Positions 1 through 10,436 are shown, numbered from the stretch's first letter. The stretch is DNA of 64,000 nucleotides from Candidatus Delongbacteria bacterium (GCA_963663545.1 OY760505.1:288001-352000); one strand, 5' to 3'. Made by a program: numbers and translations. The notes: generated from the sequence alone by a model not told the origin.

Positions 1-1533
1 GGCCAGGGTGGTGGTGGAAGACTCGGTCTGGGTGATGCCGTTGAAGGTACCCGGCTCGCCCACATCAAAGGCGATGTCCATCATCGAGCCCGTGCCCGAA
101 TCGAAGGTCAGGCTGCCGCCGCCCGAATCGAACTTCCAGCTACCCAGCGATCCATCGTTGTTGAAGACCACCGTACCCGAATTGCCGCTGAAGCTGCGGG
201 CAGGGAAGGGAATGTCCACTTCCCAGGTCCAGGTGTTGGCTTCTTCGCTGCGGGTGAAGGTCATGGTCAGCGTGTGGGCCGAACCCAGACTGTCGTAGAT
301 GGTGATGGAGGTGTCGTGGTTGGTATCCGTGGTGGCAACCTGGAAAGTACCCGCCTGCAGTCCCTCCGGTGCGTAGACCGTCAGGCCGCCATCGCCCAGA
401 TTGGTGATGTTGGTGATCTGACCGGTCAGGGGATCCATGTCACCCAACTCCAGCACGACGGGATCCATCTCGACGCCGCTCGAGGTGGTGAAGATGCTGG
501 TGGCCACCAGGGTCTCGTCCACACCGTCGTCGGCCACCACATCTGAGGTGCCGAAGACCTGTGACAGGATGTTGCTGGTGGTGGCGTCCTCAGTGAGTTC
601 CACGTTCAGGTCGCTGCCGTTACCGAAGTAGGTACGATTGATCACCAGCTCACCGTCCACCAGACGGGCCTCGACGCCGGTCGAGGAGTTCTGGATGGTG
701 CTGATGAAATCGCCGATGGTCGTGTCGGCCGTCAAGCCGTCGATGGTCACGTCGCGCTGTCCGTCGATGGTCAGGGTCAGGTCACCGAAATCGGTAATGC
801 CCAGCTCCTCGAAGGTCGTGGTCACCAGCAGTTCCATGCCCATGGCATTGGTTCCGGTGAAGGTCGACTGCGTGGCGGCCTCACCGGTGACAGTCACGTC
901 GTACACTCCACCCAGGCCGTTGTAGGCCGTGCCACTGACACCCGTCACACCGGCGGTGTTGTTGATGTCGACCAGCGAAGCTTCCGAAGTGCTCTCGGTG
1001 GCGTTCAGATTGCACTTGAACTTCACTTCGGTGGTGGCTTCCGGCGCAATCTTCTGGCCCAGCGGGAGGGAGATAGCACCGATCTCGCTGATGTTGGGCA
1101 GCGCGCCATCCTGATCGGCCATCAGGCCCATCACGCGGTAGCCATTGGAAGAAATAAGGTTGCCGCTTTCATCCACCTGGAAAGCACCGTTGCGCGTGTA
1201 GAGGCGCTCGTTGCCGGCGGCGGTGATGAAAAAGGCGTCGCCCTGAATCGCCAGGTCCGTGTTTGTACCCGTCAACTCCAGGTTGCCCTGCTCGAAAATG
1301 CGGTCGATGGAAGAGACCTTCGTACCCAGGCCGATCTGGATCGGCACCAGGGTGGAGGCTCCACCGGCCGGCTTGAAGCTGTTGCGCAGCGTCTGCGAGA
1401 AGGTGTCGGTAAAGTTTACGCGGCTGCGCTTGAAGCCAACGGTGTTTGCGTTGGCAATGTTGTTACCGACCACATCCAGCTTCTGCTGGTGGGCCATCAA
1501 GCCAGAAATTCCTGTGAAGAGAGAACGCAACAT
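1..1533 (-). CDS. flgE: Flagellar hook protein FlgE (3' end runs off the window; absent from the ORF track)
   Basis: Manual translation from ATG 1533 (RBS GAAAGGAG): MLRSLFTGISGLMAHQQKLDVVGNNIANANTVGFKRSRVNF...GNLELTGTNTDLAIQGDAFF...YTRNGAF, later SITIYDSLG; follows flgD. Confidence 0.95.
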   Translation of the reverse strand, partial: MLRSLFTGISGLMAHQQKLDVVGNNIANANTVGFKRSRVNFTDTFSQTLRNSFKPAGGASTLVPIQIGLGTKVSSIDRIFEQGNLELTGTNTDLAIQGDAFFITAAGNERLYTRNGAFQVDESGNLISSNGYRVMGLMADQDGALPNISEIGAISLPLGQKIAPEATTEVKFKCNLNATESTSEASLVDINNTAGVTGVSGTAYNGLGGVYDVTVTGEAATQSTFTGTNAMGMELLVTTTFEELGITDFGDLTLTIDGQRDVTIDGLTADTTIGDFISTIQNSSTGVEARLVDGELVINRTYFGNGSDLNVELTEDATTSNILSQVFGTSDVVADDGVDETLVATSIFTTSSGVEMDPVVLELGDMDPLTGQITNITNLGDGGLTVYAPEGLQAGTFQVATTDTNHDTSITIYDSLGSAHTLTMTFTRSEEANTWTWEVDIPFPARSFSGNSGTVVFNNDGSLGSWKFDSGGGSLTFDSGTGSMMDIAFDVGEPGTFNGITQTESSTTTLA

Positions 1534-1626
1534 GATGCTCTCCTTTCAATCCATCCAATCTGCGTTAATTGATTTGTCAAGTTCGTGTATCACGGCCCTT
1601 ACCCCGTGATACAGCCGGAGTCAGGA

Positions 1627-2352
1627 TCAGAAAAGATCGCCAACAGCACTGGAGCCATTGGCCGTTTCGTCGCCCGTCTCATCCGGTTCTATGATTTCAG
1701 CCACGGAGGCCATCTCAACCTCCTGGTCGTCGATGATCAACAATGCCAGACCCTCACTGAAATGCACTGCGGTTACTTCGCCGCGCAACATGGCACGAAT
1801 CTCTACTTCCTCACCGGCTGAATCCTCAGCGGAGATCTCGATGGTGTAGGTGCCATCGGGAAGCTGCGTACCCGCGCTATCCTTGCCATCCCAAGAGACC
1901 GTGCCATCTCCATTGGGCTCCGTTGTGAAGCTCGCAAGCTGCGCACCCAGCGAATCCAGCACCTTCACCGTTACCTCAGATGGCTCCACCAACGCTTCAT
2001 AGGAAAGGGTGGCTTCGCCATCACGCAGCAAAATGCCATCGTGCACGGCAACCACTTCCTTACCGATCAAACCTGTGGCCATCTCGCTCTGAACGGAGCT
2101 AGCTAGAACCGTGGTCATCTCGATCTGGGTTTCCATCTGATCGTTCAGGTTTTCCATCTGCTCAAGGGAGGAGAATTGGGCGAGCTGCGCGGCGAACTCT
2201 TGTGACTCAAGTGGATTCAGCGGATCCTGATTCTGCAGCTGCACGACAAGCAATTGCAGGAAGTCGTCCTTGCTCATCACGGAGTTGTCACTGACGACGG
2301 ACGAGGCGTCGTAGGTGTAGGTGTTACTACTGATCGCGGTGATGTCACTCAT
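1627..2352 (-). CDS. flgD: Flagellar hook capping protein FlgD
   Basis: MSKDDFLQLLVVQLQNQDPLNP...FAAQLAQFSSLEQ and WDGKDSAG...LPDGTY motifs; lies between fliK and flgE. Confidence 0.95.
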   Translation of the reverse strand: MSDITAISSNTYTYDASSVVSDNSVMSKDDFLQLLVVQLQNQDPLNPLESQEFAAQLAQFSSLEQMENLNDQMETQIEMTTVLASSVQSEMATGLIGKEVVAVHDGILLRDGEATLSYEALVEPSEVTVKVLDSLGAQLASFTTEPNGDGTVSWDGKDSAGTQLPDGTYTIEISAEDSAGEEVEIRAMLRGEVTAVHFSEGLALLIIDDQEVEMASVAEIIEPDETGDETANGSSAVGDLF

Positions 2353-5300
2353 CTCAATGTCTCCTCACCAAAGGCGGCCATTTCCGATGCGAAATCCGCA
2401 TCGCCCTGTTTCACGCCGACCTCTTCAGGCCGACTCTGACCCTGCTCCTGACCGGATTGCGATCCGGTCTGCTGCCGCCTGGCACTCTCATCCTGCACCG
2501 CCAGCTCCACCTGATCCAGCCGAATGCCGGATCGCTGCAACTGCTCGCGCAGTTCGTTCAACCCCTCGCGCACTGTGTCACGTCCCGCGTGACTCTCAGC
2601 AATCACACGCAGACTTACTTCGCCCTGCTGTTCACTCAACTGCAGCCGAATTCTGCCTAGCTGGGCGGGATTCAACTCCATCAGGGCTTCGCGACGACCG
2701 CTGTACTGCATCAGCCGCATGCGCGCCGATAGGCGCTCCATGTTGGCTATCACCTGTCGACGCTGTTCCGCGCTTTCTTCCGTGGACAGTGAGCGGCTGT
2801 CCATTGTCTGCGCAGTACCTTGCCCGTCGCTGCTGTCAAAGCGCACACGCTGAAGTCCGCTTGTGGAAGCATTCCAGACCACTTTTGTCACGTCTGCAAC
2901 CGGCATCTCCGCAGCCTGCCGTTTCACGCTTGGCAAATCCCGCGCCTGTTTCTGCGAATTGTCTTCCTGTTGCTGTCTCTCGGCGTCTGTTGCGCCAAAA
3001 ACGCGATCCATTTCGCGGCGCAAACGGCTGCCTTCTCCCTGGCTGAGTACACTGTCACGCTCGTTCTGTGTCACAGATGTATCACGGGAATTCGCTTTAA
3101 CTCCGCCGTCTCCACTGTCCAAGCGGTTTCCAAAGCTCGTCGTCTGAAGCGAGTTCACAACTCCCGCCATCTCAGCGCTGCGCATCATTCCCTCGCGGCT
3201 GACCGCAATCAGCACATCCATGTCCTGCAACAAAGCGCTGATGGGACGCTGGCTAATTTGTGCGGACTGAGTTGGTGTCGGTTCAGGAGCTGCAACTAGG
3301 GAAGTTGCGGACTTCTGAAGGGAAAGCTCTTCCGACATTGTTGCAGGCCTTGTGGCGCTTTCTGCCCCTTCTACTTCCTCGGCACTGCGTGCTATATCCA
3401 GCTCGGGCACGGTCCACTCCGTATGTGCAGTGGAGCGATTGCCGGTTTGATTCGCCCAGCGCACAGCGTCAGGCCTAAGCTCATCGTGGATTAGCGATGA
3501 GGTAGCGGTCTGTGTCCCCACGGATGACTGGAACTCATCGGGATTCCCTGTCGCTTTCACGGAAGTAGAATCGTCAGAGGGACTGTCTTGCGCCTGTGTC
3601 ATTTGCTGAGGCTCAGACGGCGTCGCGCTCTGAGATTGCGGCTCAATCGGCAGGGTCGTTGGCTCCGCGACGATCCGTGTCACGGGCGTAGGAGCTGACT
3701 CCATATCAGCAATGGCCTGTGTCTGTGGCGGTGTCACAGTCTGCGGCTGCAGTTCAGTCGGCACGGTCGTTGGATCAGCGGCAACTCGTGTCACAGGCGT
3801 GGAAGTCGATTCGCCAGGCACGCTTGCCTGTGCCTGCGGCTCAATCTGCGATTGCGTGGCGTGTTGCGGCGCAGAGTGAATTGCCTGTTGCGGCTCCGTC
3901 GGCACGACCAACGGCTCAGCGGCAACTCGTGTCACGGGCGTGGAAGTCGAATCGCCAGATGCACCTGCCTGAACCTGCTGCGCGATCTGCGATTGCGCGG
4001 CTTGTTGCGGCGCAGATTGAGTTGCGTGTTGCGGCTCCGTCGGCACGGTTGTTGGATCAGCGGCAACTCGTGTCACGGGCGCGGCTGTCGATTCCGCAGA
4101 TACACTGGCCTGTGCCTGCGGCGCAATCTGCGATTGCGCGGCTTGTTGCGGCGCAGATTGAGTTGCGTGTTGCGGCTCCGTCGGCACGGTTGTTGGATCA
4201 GCGGCAACTCGTGTCACGGGCGCGGCTGTCGATTCCGCAGATACACTGGCCTGTGCCTGCGGCGCAATCTGGGATTGCGTGGATTGTTGCGGCGCAGAGT
4301 GAGTTGCCTGCTGCGGCTCCGTCGGCACGGCCAAAGGCTCAGCGGCAACTCGTGTCACGAGCGCGGCTGTAGAGTCGCCTGACACACTTGTCTGTGCCTG
4401 CGGCACGATCTGCGATTGCGCGGCTTGTTGCGGCGCAGACTGAGTTGCCTGCTGCGGCTGCGTCGGCGCGGCCACCGGTTCAACGGCAACTCGTGTCACG
4501 AGCGCGGCTGTAGAGTCGCCTGACACACTTGTCTGTGCCTGCGGCACGATCTGCGATTGCGCGGCTTGTTGTGGCGCAGAGTGAGTTGCCTGCTGCGGCT
4601 CCGTCGGCACGGCCATCGGCTCAACGCCAACTCGTGTCACGGGCGTGGAAGTCGACTCGCCAGATGCACCAGCCTGAACATGCTGCACGATCTTCGATTG
4701 CGCGGCTTGTTGCGGCGCAGACTGAGTTGCCTGCTGCGGCTGCGTCGGCGCGGCCACCGGTTCAACGGCAACTCGTGTCACGAGCGCGGCTGTAGAGTCG
4801 CCTGACACACTTGTCTGTGCCTGCGGCACGATCTGCGATTGCGCGGCTTGTTGTGGCGCAGAGTGAGTTGCCTGCTGCGGCTCCGTCGGCACGGCCATCG
4901 GCTCAACGCCAACTCGTGTCACGGGCGTGGAAGTCGACTCGCCAGATGCACCAGCCTGAACATGCTGCACGATCTTCGATTGCGCGGCTTGTTGCGGCGC
5001 AGAGTGGGTTGCCTGCTGCGGATCAGTCGAAACGACCGATGGCTCGACGGCTACTCGTGTCACGGACACGGCTGTCGATTCGCCAGACACGTTTGCCTGG
5101 TCCTGCTGCGCGATCTGCGATTGCGCGGTTTGTTGCGGCGCAGATTGAGTTGCCTGTTGCGGCTGCGTCGGCGCGGCCACCGGTTCAACGGCAACTCGTG
5201 TCACGAGCGCGGCTGTAGAGTCGCCTGACACACTTGTCTGTGCCTGCGGCTCGATCTGGGATTGCGCGGCGTGTTGCGGCGCAGAGTGAGTTGCCTGTTG

Positions 5301-8300
5301 CGGCTCCGTCTGCACGGCCAACGGCTCAGCGGCAACTCGTGTCACGGGCGCGGAAGTCGATTCGCCAGGCACGCGTGCTTGAACCTGCGGCTCGATCTGC
5401 GACTGCGCGGCGTGTGGCGGCGCAGAGTGAATTGCCTGTTGCGGCTCCGTCGAAACGACCGTTGACTCAACGACGACTCGTGTCACGGGCGCAGCAGTCG
5501 ATTCGCCAGGCACGCTTGCTTGAACCTGCTGCGCGATCTGCGATTGCGCGGCTTGTTGCGGCGCAGAGTGAGGTGCCTGTTGCGGCTCAGTTGGCACGCC
5601 CAAAGGTTCAACGGCTGCTCGTGTCACGGGCGCAGCAGTCGATTCGCCAGGCACGCTTGCCTGGGCCTGCGGCTCAATCTTCGATTGCGTGGATTGTTGC
5701 GGCGCAGAGTGAGTTGCCTGTTGCGGCTCCGTCGAAACAACCGTTGACTCAGCGACAACTCGTGTCACAGGCGCAGCAGTCGATTCGCCAGACACACTAG
5801 ACTGAACCTGCTGTGCGATCTGCGATTGCGCGGCTTGCTGCGGCGCAGAGTGAATTGCCTGCTGCGACTCCGTCGGCGAGGCCAACGGCTCAGCGCCAAC
5901 TCGTGTCACGGGCGTGGAAGTCGACTCGCCAGATGCACCAGCCAGAACATGCTGCGTGATCTGCGATTTCGTGGCGTGTTGCGGCGCAGAGTGGGTGGCC
6001 TGTTGCGGCTCCGTCGGCGCGGCCATCGGCTCAGCGTTAACTCGTGTCACGGGCGCAGAAGTCGATTCGCCAGATGCACCAGCCAGAACATGCTGCGTGA
6101 TCTGCGATTTCGTGGCGTGTTGCGGCGCAGAGTGGGTGGCCTGTTGCGGCTCCGTCGGCGCGGCCATCGGCTCAGCGTTAACTCGTGTCACGGGCGCAGA
6201 AGTCGATTCGCCAGGCACGCTTGCTTGAACCTGCTGCGCGATCTGCGATTGCGCGGCTTGTTGCGGCGCAGAGTGAGTTGCCTGCTGCGGCTCCGTCGAA
6301 ACGACCGTTGACTCAACGACGACTCGTGTCACGGGCGCAGCAGTCGATTCGCCAGGCACGCTTGCTTGAACCTGCTGCGCGATCTGGGATTGCGCGGCTT
6401 GTTGCGGCGCAGAGTGAGGTGCCTGTTGCGGCTCAGTTGGCACGCCCAAAGGTTCAACGGCTGCTCGTGTCACGGGCGCAGCAGTCGATTCGCCAGGCAC
6501 GCTTGCTTGAACCTGCTGCGCGATCTGGGATTGCGTGGCGTGTTGCGGCTCTGTCGGCGAGACCAACGGCTCGGCGGCAACTCGTGTCATAGGCACAGCA
6601 GTCGATTCGCCAGGCACGTGTGCTTGAACCTGCGGCTCGATCTGCGACTGCGCAGCGTGTTGCGGCGCAGAGTGGGTGGCCTGTTGCGGCTCCGTCGGCG
6701 CAGCCATCGGCTCAACGGCAACTCGTGTCAAGGGCGCAGAAGCAGACTCGGAAGGCACGCTTGCTTGAACCTGCTGCGTGATCTGCGATTGCGTGGCGTG
6801 TTGCGGCGCAGAGTGGGTGGCCTGTTGCGGCTCCGTCGGCACGGTCGTTGGATCAGCGGCAACTCGTGTCACAGGCATTGAAGTCGATTCGCCTGACACG
6901 CTTGCCCGTACCTGCGGCGCGATCTTCGATTGCGCGGCTTGTTGCGGCGCAGAGTGAGTTGCCTGCAGCGGCTCCGTCGGCACGGCCAAAGGCTCAGCGG
7001 CACCTCGTGTCACGGGCACGGCAGTCGAATCGCCAGATGCACCTGCCTGAACCTGTTGCGCGATCTTCGATTGCGCGGCTTGTTGCGGCGCAGAGTGAAT
7101 TGCCTGTTGCGGCTCTGTCGGCACGACCAACGGTTCAGCGACTACTCGTGTCACGGGCGTTGAAGTCGATTCGCCAGACATGCTTGCCTGGGCCTGCGGC
7201 TCAATCTGCGATTGCGCAGCGTGTTGCGGTGCAGAGTGAGGTGCCTGTTGCGGCTCCGTCGGCACGGCCATCGGCTCAGCGGCAACTCGTGTCACAGGCG
7301 CAGCAGTCGATTCGCCAGGCACGCTTGCCTGGGCCTGCTGCGCGATCTGCGATTGCGCGGCTTGTTGCGGCGCAGAGTGAGGTGCCTGCTGAGGCTCCGT
7401 TGGCGCGGCCAACGGTTCAGCGGCAACTCGTGTCACGGGCGCAGAAGCAGACTCGGAAGGCACGCTTGCCTGGGCCTGCGGCTCAATCTTCGATTGCGTG
7501 GCGTGTTGCGGCGCAGAGTGGGTTGCCTGTTGCGGCTCCGTCGACACGGCCAAAGGTTCAACGGCAACTCGTGTCACAGGCGCAGCAGTCGATTCGCCAG
7601 ACACGCTTGCCTGGGCCTGCGGCTCAATCTTCGATTGCGTGGATTGTTGCGGCGCAGAGTGAGTTGCCTGCAGCGGCTCCGACAGCACGGCCACCGGTTC
7701 GGTGGCAACTCGTGTCACGGGCGCAGAAGTCGATTCGCCAGGCACGCTTGCTTGAACCTGCTGCACGATCTTCGATTGCGCAGCTAGTTGCGGCGTAGGT
7801 TGGGTTGCCTGCTGCGGCTCCGTCGGCGCGACCAAAGGTTCAACGGCAACTCCAGTCACGGGCGCGGAAGTCGACTCGCCAGATGCACCAGCCTGAACAT
7901 GCTGCATGATCTTCGATTGCGTGGCGTTTTGCGGCGCAGAGTGAGTTGCCTGCAGCGGCTCAGTTGGCACGGCCAACGGTTCAACGGCAACTCGTGTCAC
8001 GGGCGCAGAAGCAGACTCGGAAGGCACGCTTGCTTGAACCTGCTGCGCGATCTGCGATTGCGTGGCGTGTTGCGGCGCAGAGTGGGTTGCCTGTTGCGGC
8101 TCCGTCGGCGCAGCCATCGGCTCAACGGCAACTCGTGTCACGGGCGAGGCTGTCGACTCGCCAGAAGCACCAGCCTGAACATGCTGCACGATCTTCGATT
8201 GCGCAGCTAGTTGCGGCGTAGGTTGGGTTGCCTGTTGCGGCTCCGTCGGCACGGCCATCGGCTCAGCGCCAACTCGTGTCACGGGCGCGGCAGTCGATAC

Positions 8301-10436
8301 GGCAGACACACTGGCCTGTGCCTGCGGCTCGATCTGCGATTGCGTGGCTTGCTGCGGCGCAGACTGTGTTGCCTGCTGCGGCTCCGTCGGCACGGCCAAT
8401 GGCTCAACGGCACCTCGTGTCACGGACGCGGCTGTCGATTCGCCAGATGCACCAGCCTGAACATGCTGCACGATCTTCGATTGCGCAGCTAGTTGCGGCG
8501 CAGAGTGGGTTGCCTGCTGCGGCTCCGTCGGCACGGCCAATGGCTCAACGGCACCTCGTGTCACGGACGCGGCTGTCGATTCGCCAGACACGTTTGCCTG
8601 GTCCTGCTGCGCGATCTGCGATTGCGCGGCTTGTTGCGGCGTAGGTTGGGTTGCCTGCTGCGGCTCCGTCGGCACGGTCGTTGGATCAGCGGCAACTCGT
8701 GTCACAGGCATTGAAGTCGATTCGCCTGACACGCTTGTCTGGGCCTGGGTCTCGATCTGCGATTGCGTGGCGTTTTGCGGCGCAGAGTGAGTTGCCTGTT
8801 GCGGCTCCGTCGGCGCAGCCAACGGCTCAGCGGCACCTCGTGTCACAGACGCGGCTGTCGATTCGGCAGACACGCTTGCCTGGTCCTGCTGCGCGATCTG
8901 CGATTGCGCGGCTTGTTGCGGCGTAGGTTGGGTTGCCTGCTGCGGCTCCGTCGGCACGGTCGTTGGATCAGCGGCAACTCGTGTCACAGGCATTGAAGTC
9001 GATTCGGCAGACACACTGGCCTGTGCCTGCGGCTCGATCTGCGACTGCATGGATTGCTGCGGCGCAGAGTGAATTGCCTGCTGCGACTCCGTCGGCGAGG
9101 ACAACGGCTCAGCGCCAACTCGTGTCACGGGCGTGGAAGTCGACTCGCCAGATGCACCAGCCTGAACATGCTGCACGATCTTCGATTGCGCAGCTTGTTG
9201 CGGCGTAGATTGGGTCGCCTGCTGCGGCTCCGTCGGCACGGTCGTTGGATCAGCGGCAACTCGTGTCACGGGCGCAGTGGCAGACTCACTAGAGGCGACG
9301 GCCTGTGTCTGTGTCTGTGTCGTTGCTCGCGGTTGCGGCGCAGGCTGCGCACTAGCAGTCGCGATCTCCTGTCTTGCCATTTGCGGCATCGCAACTGCAT
9401 CTGGCCGACTTGTTGAACGGGAAGCAGAATCGCCGTCAAGCTGTGACACGTGCGTTGGCGAAGTTTCTGCAGCCCCAGCCCGCACGGCAGGATTCACAGG
9501 CTCCCGCGAGATCGTGGTCGACTCTTTCGTAAAGACATCGCTTGTCCGATAGCGAATCTGCGCGCTACGCTCGCGCTGCCAGTCCTCCAACGCATCGGCC
9601 TCGTCCTGGAGCTGTTTGAAAGCAAGCACGCCCGATTCTTCGTCAGCGGAAGAGGCTTCGGTCTCGGCACTGGAGTGTGTCACAGCTTCTGCAGGCGATT
9701 CGCTTGTCCTCGGGACATCTGCACTTGTCTGCAGCGTATCACCGGCTTGCGACCGGTCCTGCCGGGTCAAGGTCTGAGCAAGACTCTGCTTCTGAGTCTG
9801 CTGCTGTGCCAACGGTTCCGTCTTCAGCAGCTGCACTTCAGGCCGTGCTTCTGCTGTAGCACGTGGCAGGTTCACGGGAGCTGCATCACCGCGCTGGTAT
9901 TCGTCCGGAGCAGCAACACCACTCATCGAGTCGTTGGCAGCTTCCTCGCCGGTCTTTTTGGCTAGGACGTCAACGCCCTCAGTCGCAGGGCGCGAAGTGG
10001 TGTTTGAGGAGACACTCCACAGCAGTGTGCCTGCCGCATCGGACGATGGTTCCTGCAGCAACTCATGGCTAGGCTCGGATTCATCTTCGCTACCGAAAGA
10101 TGGTGCGAGGGAAGCGTCGACAGCCTTTCGTGACACGGGCTCATCCTGAATCAGCCACTCCTCCAGTAGTTCGCTGGCGCGTGATACGCCGACCGCCGGT
10201 CGTTGCGTGATCAACTGAGAAGTCTGCTCAGGCAGGCTCGAGTTTTTTGTCTTCTCTGCCGATTGATACTGCGCCAGCGCAGCAGCAAAGCTCGTGGCTT
10301 TCCCGCCCTCCTGACTGCGCAGTTCGGCAAGCAGCTGCTCCAACTGGCGACCGGGTGACGCAGAGACGCCTGTACCGGCTTGTTCGCCGGTAGCAAAAAA
10401 GAAGAAACTGCTCTGCGAGTCGACCCTGCCCTGCAT
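2349..10436 (-). CDS. fliK: Giant flagellar hook-length control protein FliK (~2695 aa) with central tandem repeats
   Basis: C-terminal Flg_hook motif ELNPAQLGRIRLQL...LNELREQLQRSGI; position directly before flgD; ATG 10436 is 6 nt after AGGAG. Confidence 0.9.
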   Translation of the reverse strand: MQGRVDSQSSFFFFATGEQAGTGVSASPGRQLEQLLAELRSQEGGKATSFAAALAQYQSAEKTKNSSLPEQTSQLITQRPAVGVSRASELLEEWLIQDEPVSRKAVDASLAPSFGSEDESEPSHELLQEPSSDAAGTLLWSVSSNTTSRPATEGVDVLAKKTGEEAANDSMSGVAAPDEYQRGDAAPVNLPRATAEARPEVQLLKTEPLAQQQTQKQSLAQTLTRQDRSQAGDTLQTSADVPRTSESPAEAVTHSSAETEASSADEESGVLAFKQLQDEADALEDWQRERSAQIRYRTSDVFTKESTTISREPVNPAVRAGAAETSPTHVSQLDGDSASRSTSRPDAVAMPQMARQEIATASAQPAPQPRATTQTQTQAVASSESATAPVTRVAADPTTVPTEPQQATQSTPQQAAQSKIVQHVQAGASGESTSTPVTRVGAEPLSSPTESQQAIHSAPQQSMQSQIEPQAQASVSAESTSMPVTRVAADPTTVPTEPQQATQPTPQQAAQSQIAQQDQASVSAESTAASVTRGAAEPLAAPTEPQQATHSAPQNATQSQIETQAQTSVSGESTSMPVTRVAADPTTVPTEPQQATQPTPQQAAQSQIAQQDQANVSGESTAASVTRGAVEPLAVPTEPQQATHSAPQLAAQSKIVQHVQAGASGESTAASVTRGAVEPLAVPTEPQQATQSAPQQATQSQIEPQAQASVSAVSTAAPVTRVGAEPMAVPTEPQQATQPTPQLAAQSKIVQHVQAGASGESTASPVTRVAVEPMAAPTEPQQATHSAPQHATQSQIAQQVQASVPSESASAPVTRVAVEPLAVPTEPLQATHSAPQNATQSKIMQHVQAGASGESTSAPVTGVAVEPLVAPTEPQQATQPTPQLAAQSKIVQQVQASVPGESTSAPVTRVATEPVAVLSEPLQATHSAPQQSTQSKIEPQAQASVSGESTAAPVTRVAVEPLAVSTEPQQATHSAPQHATQSKIEPQAQASVPSESASAPVTRVAAEPLAAPTEPQQAPHSAPQQAAQSQIAQQAQASVPGESTAAPVTRVAAEPMAVPTEPQQAPHSAPQHAAQSQIEPQAQASMSGESTSTPVTRVVAEPLVVPTEPQQAIHSAPQQAAQSKIAQQVQAGASGDSTAVPVTRGAAEPLAVPTEPLQATHSAPQQAAQSKIAPQVRASVSGESTSMPVTRVAADPTTVPTEPQQATHSAPQHATQSQITQQVQASVPSESASAPLTRVAVEPMAAPTEPQQATHSAPQHAAQSQIEPQVQAHVPGESTAVPMTRVAAEPLVSPTEPQHATQSQIAQQVQASVPGESTAAPVTRAAVEPLGVPTEPQQAPHSAPQQAAQSQIAQQVQASVPGESTAAPVTRVVVESTVVSTEPQQATHSAPQQAAQSQIAQQVQASVPGESTSAPVTRVNAEPMAAPTEPQQATHSAPQHATKSQITQHVLAGASGESTSAPVTRVNAEPMAAPTEPQQATHSAPQHATKSQITQHVLAGASGESTSTPVTRVGAEPLASPTESQQAIHSAPQQAAQSQIAQQVQSSVSGESTAAPVTRVVAESTVVSTEPQQATHSAPQQSTQSKIEPQAQASVPGESTAAPVTRAAVEPLGVPTEPQQAPHSAPQQAAQSQIAQQVQASVPGESTAAPVTRVVVESTVVSTEPQQAIHSAPPHAAQSQIEPQVQARVPGESTSAPVTRVAAEPLAVQTEPQQATHSAPQHAAQSQIEPQAQTSVSGDSTAALVTRVAVEPVAAPTQPQQATQSAPQQTAQSQIAQQDQANVSGESTAVSVTRVAVEPSVVSTDPQQATHSAPQQAAQSKIVQHVQAGASGESTSTPVTRVGVEPMAVPTEPQQATHSAPQQAAQSQIVPQAQTSVSGDSTAALVTRVAVEPVAAPTQPQQATQSAPQQAAQSKIVQHVQAGASGESTSTPVTRVGVEPMAVPTEPQQATHSAPQQAAQSQIVPQAQTSVSGDSTAALVTRVAVEPVAAPTQPQQATQSAPQQAAQSQIVPQAQTSVSGDSTAALVTRVAAEPLAVPTEPQQATHSAPQQSTQSQIAPQAQASVSAESTAAPVTRVAADPTTVPTEPQHATQSAPQQAAQSQIAPQAQASVSAESTAAPVTRVAADPTTVPTEPQHATQSAPQQAAQSQIAQQVQAGASGDSTSTPVTRVAAEPLVVPTEPQQAIHSAPQHATQSQIEPQAQASVPGESTSTPVTRVAADPTTVPTELQPQTVTPPQTQAIADMESAPTPVTRIVAEPTTLPIEPQSQSATPSEPQQMTQAQDSPSDDSTSVKATGNPDEFQSSVGTQTATSSLIHDELRPDAVRWANQTGNRSTAHTEWTVPELDIARSAEEVEGAESATRPATMSEELSLQKSATSLVAAPEPTPTQSAQISQRPISALLQDMDVLIAVSREGMMRSAEMAGVVNSLQTTSFGNRLDSGDGGVKANSRDTSVTQNERDSVLSQGEGSRLRREMDRVFGATDAERQQQEDNSQKQARDLPSVKRQAAEMPVADVTKVVWNASTSGLQRVRFDSSDGQGTAQTMDSRSLSTEESAEQRRQVIANMERLSARMRLMQYSGRREALMELNPAQLGRIRLQLSEQQGEVSLRVIAESHAGRDTVREGLNELREQLQRSGIRLDQVELAVQDESARRQQTGSQSGQEQGQSRPEEVGVKQGDADFASEMAAFGEETLR
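3760..9290 (-). repeat. Coding tandem repeat, 141 bp (47 aa), ~40 diverged copies inside fliK
   Basis: Anchor ACTCGTGTCAC at 3784, 3925, 4066 ... 9259; the 5475-bp span equals 39x141 minus one 24-bp deletion near 6545. Confidence 0.95.

Noticed and set aside
3760-9290. 141-bp periodic array as a CRISPR array
   Set aside because: The whole unit is repeated with no unique spacers, it is in-frame coding, and no cas genes are present
3719-9552. Many Arg/Leu-rich and Ala/Arg-rich plus-strand ORFs
   Set aside because: Antisense shadows of the fliK coding repeat; periodic and broken by stops, whereas the minus frame is continuous
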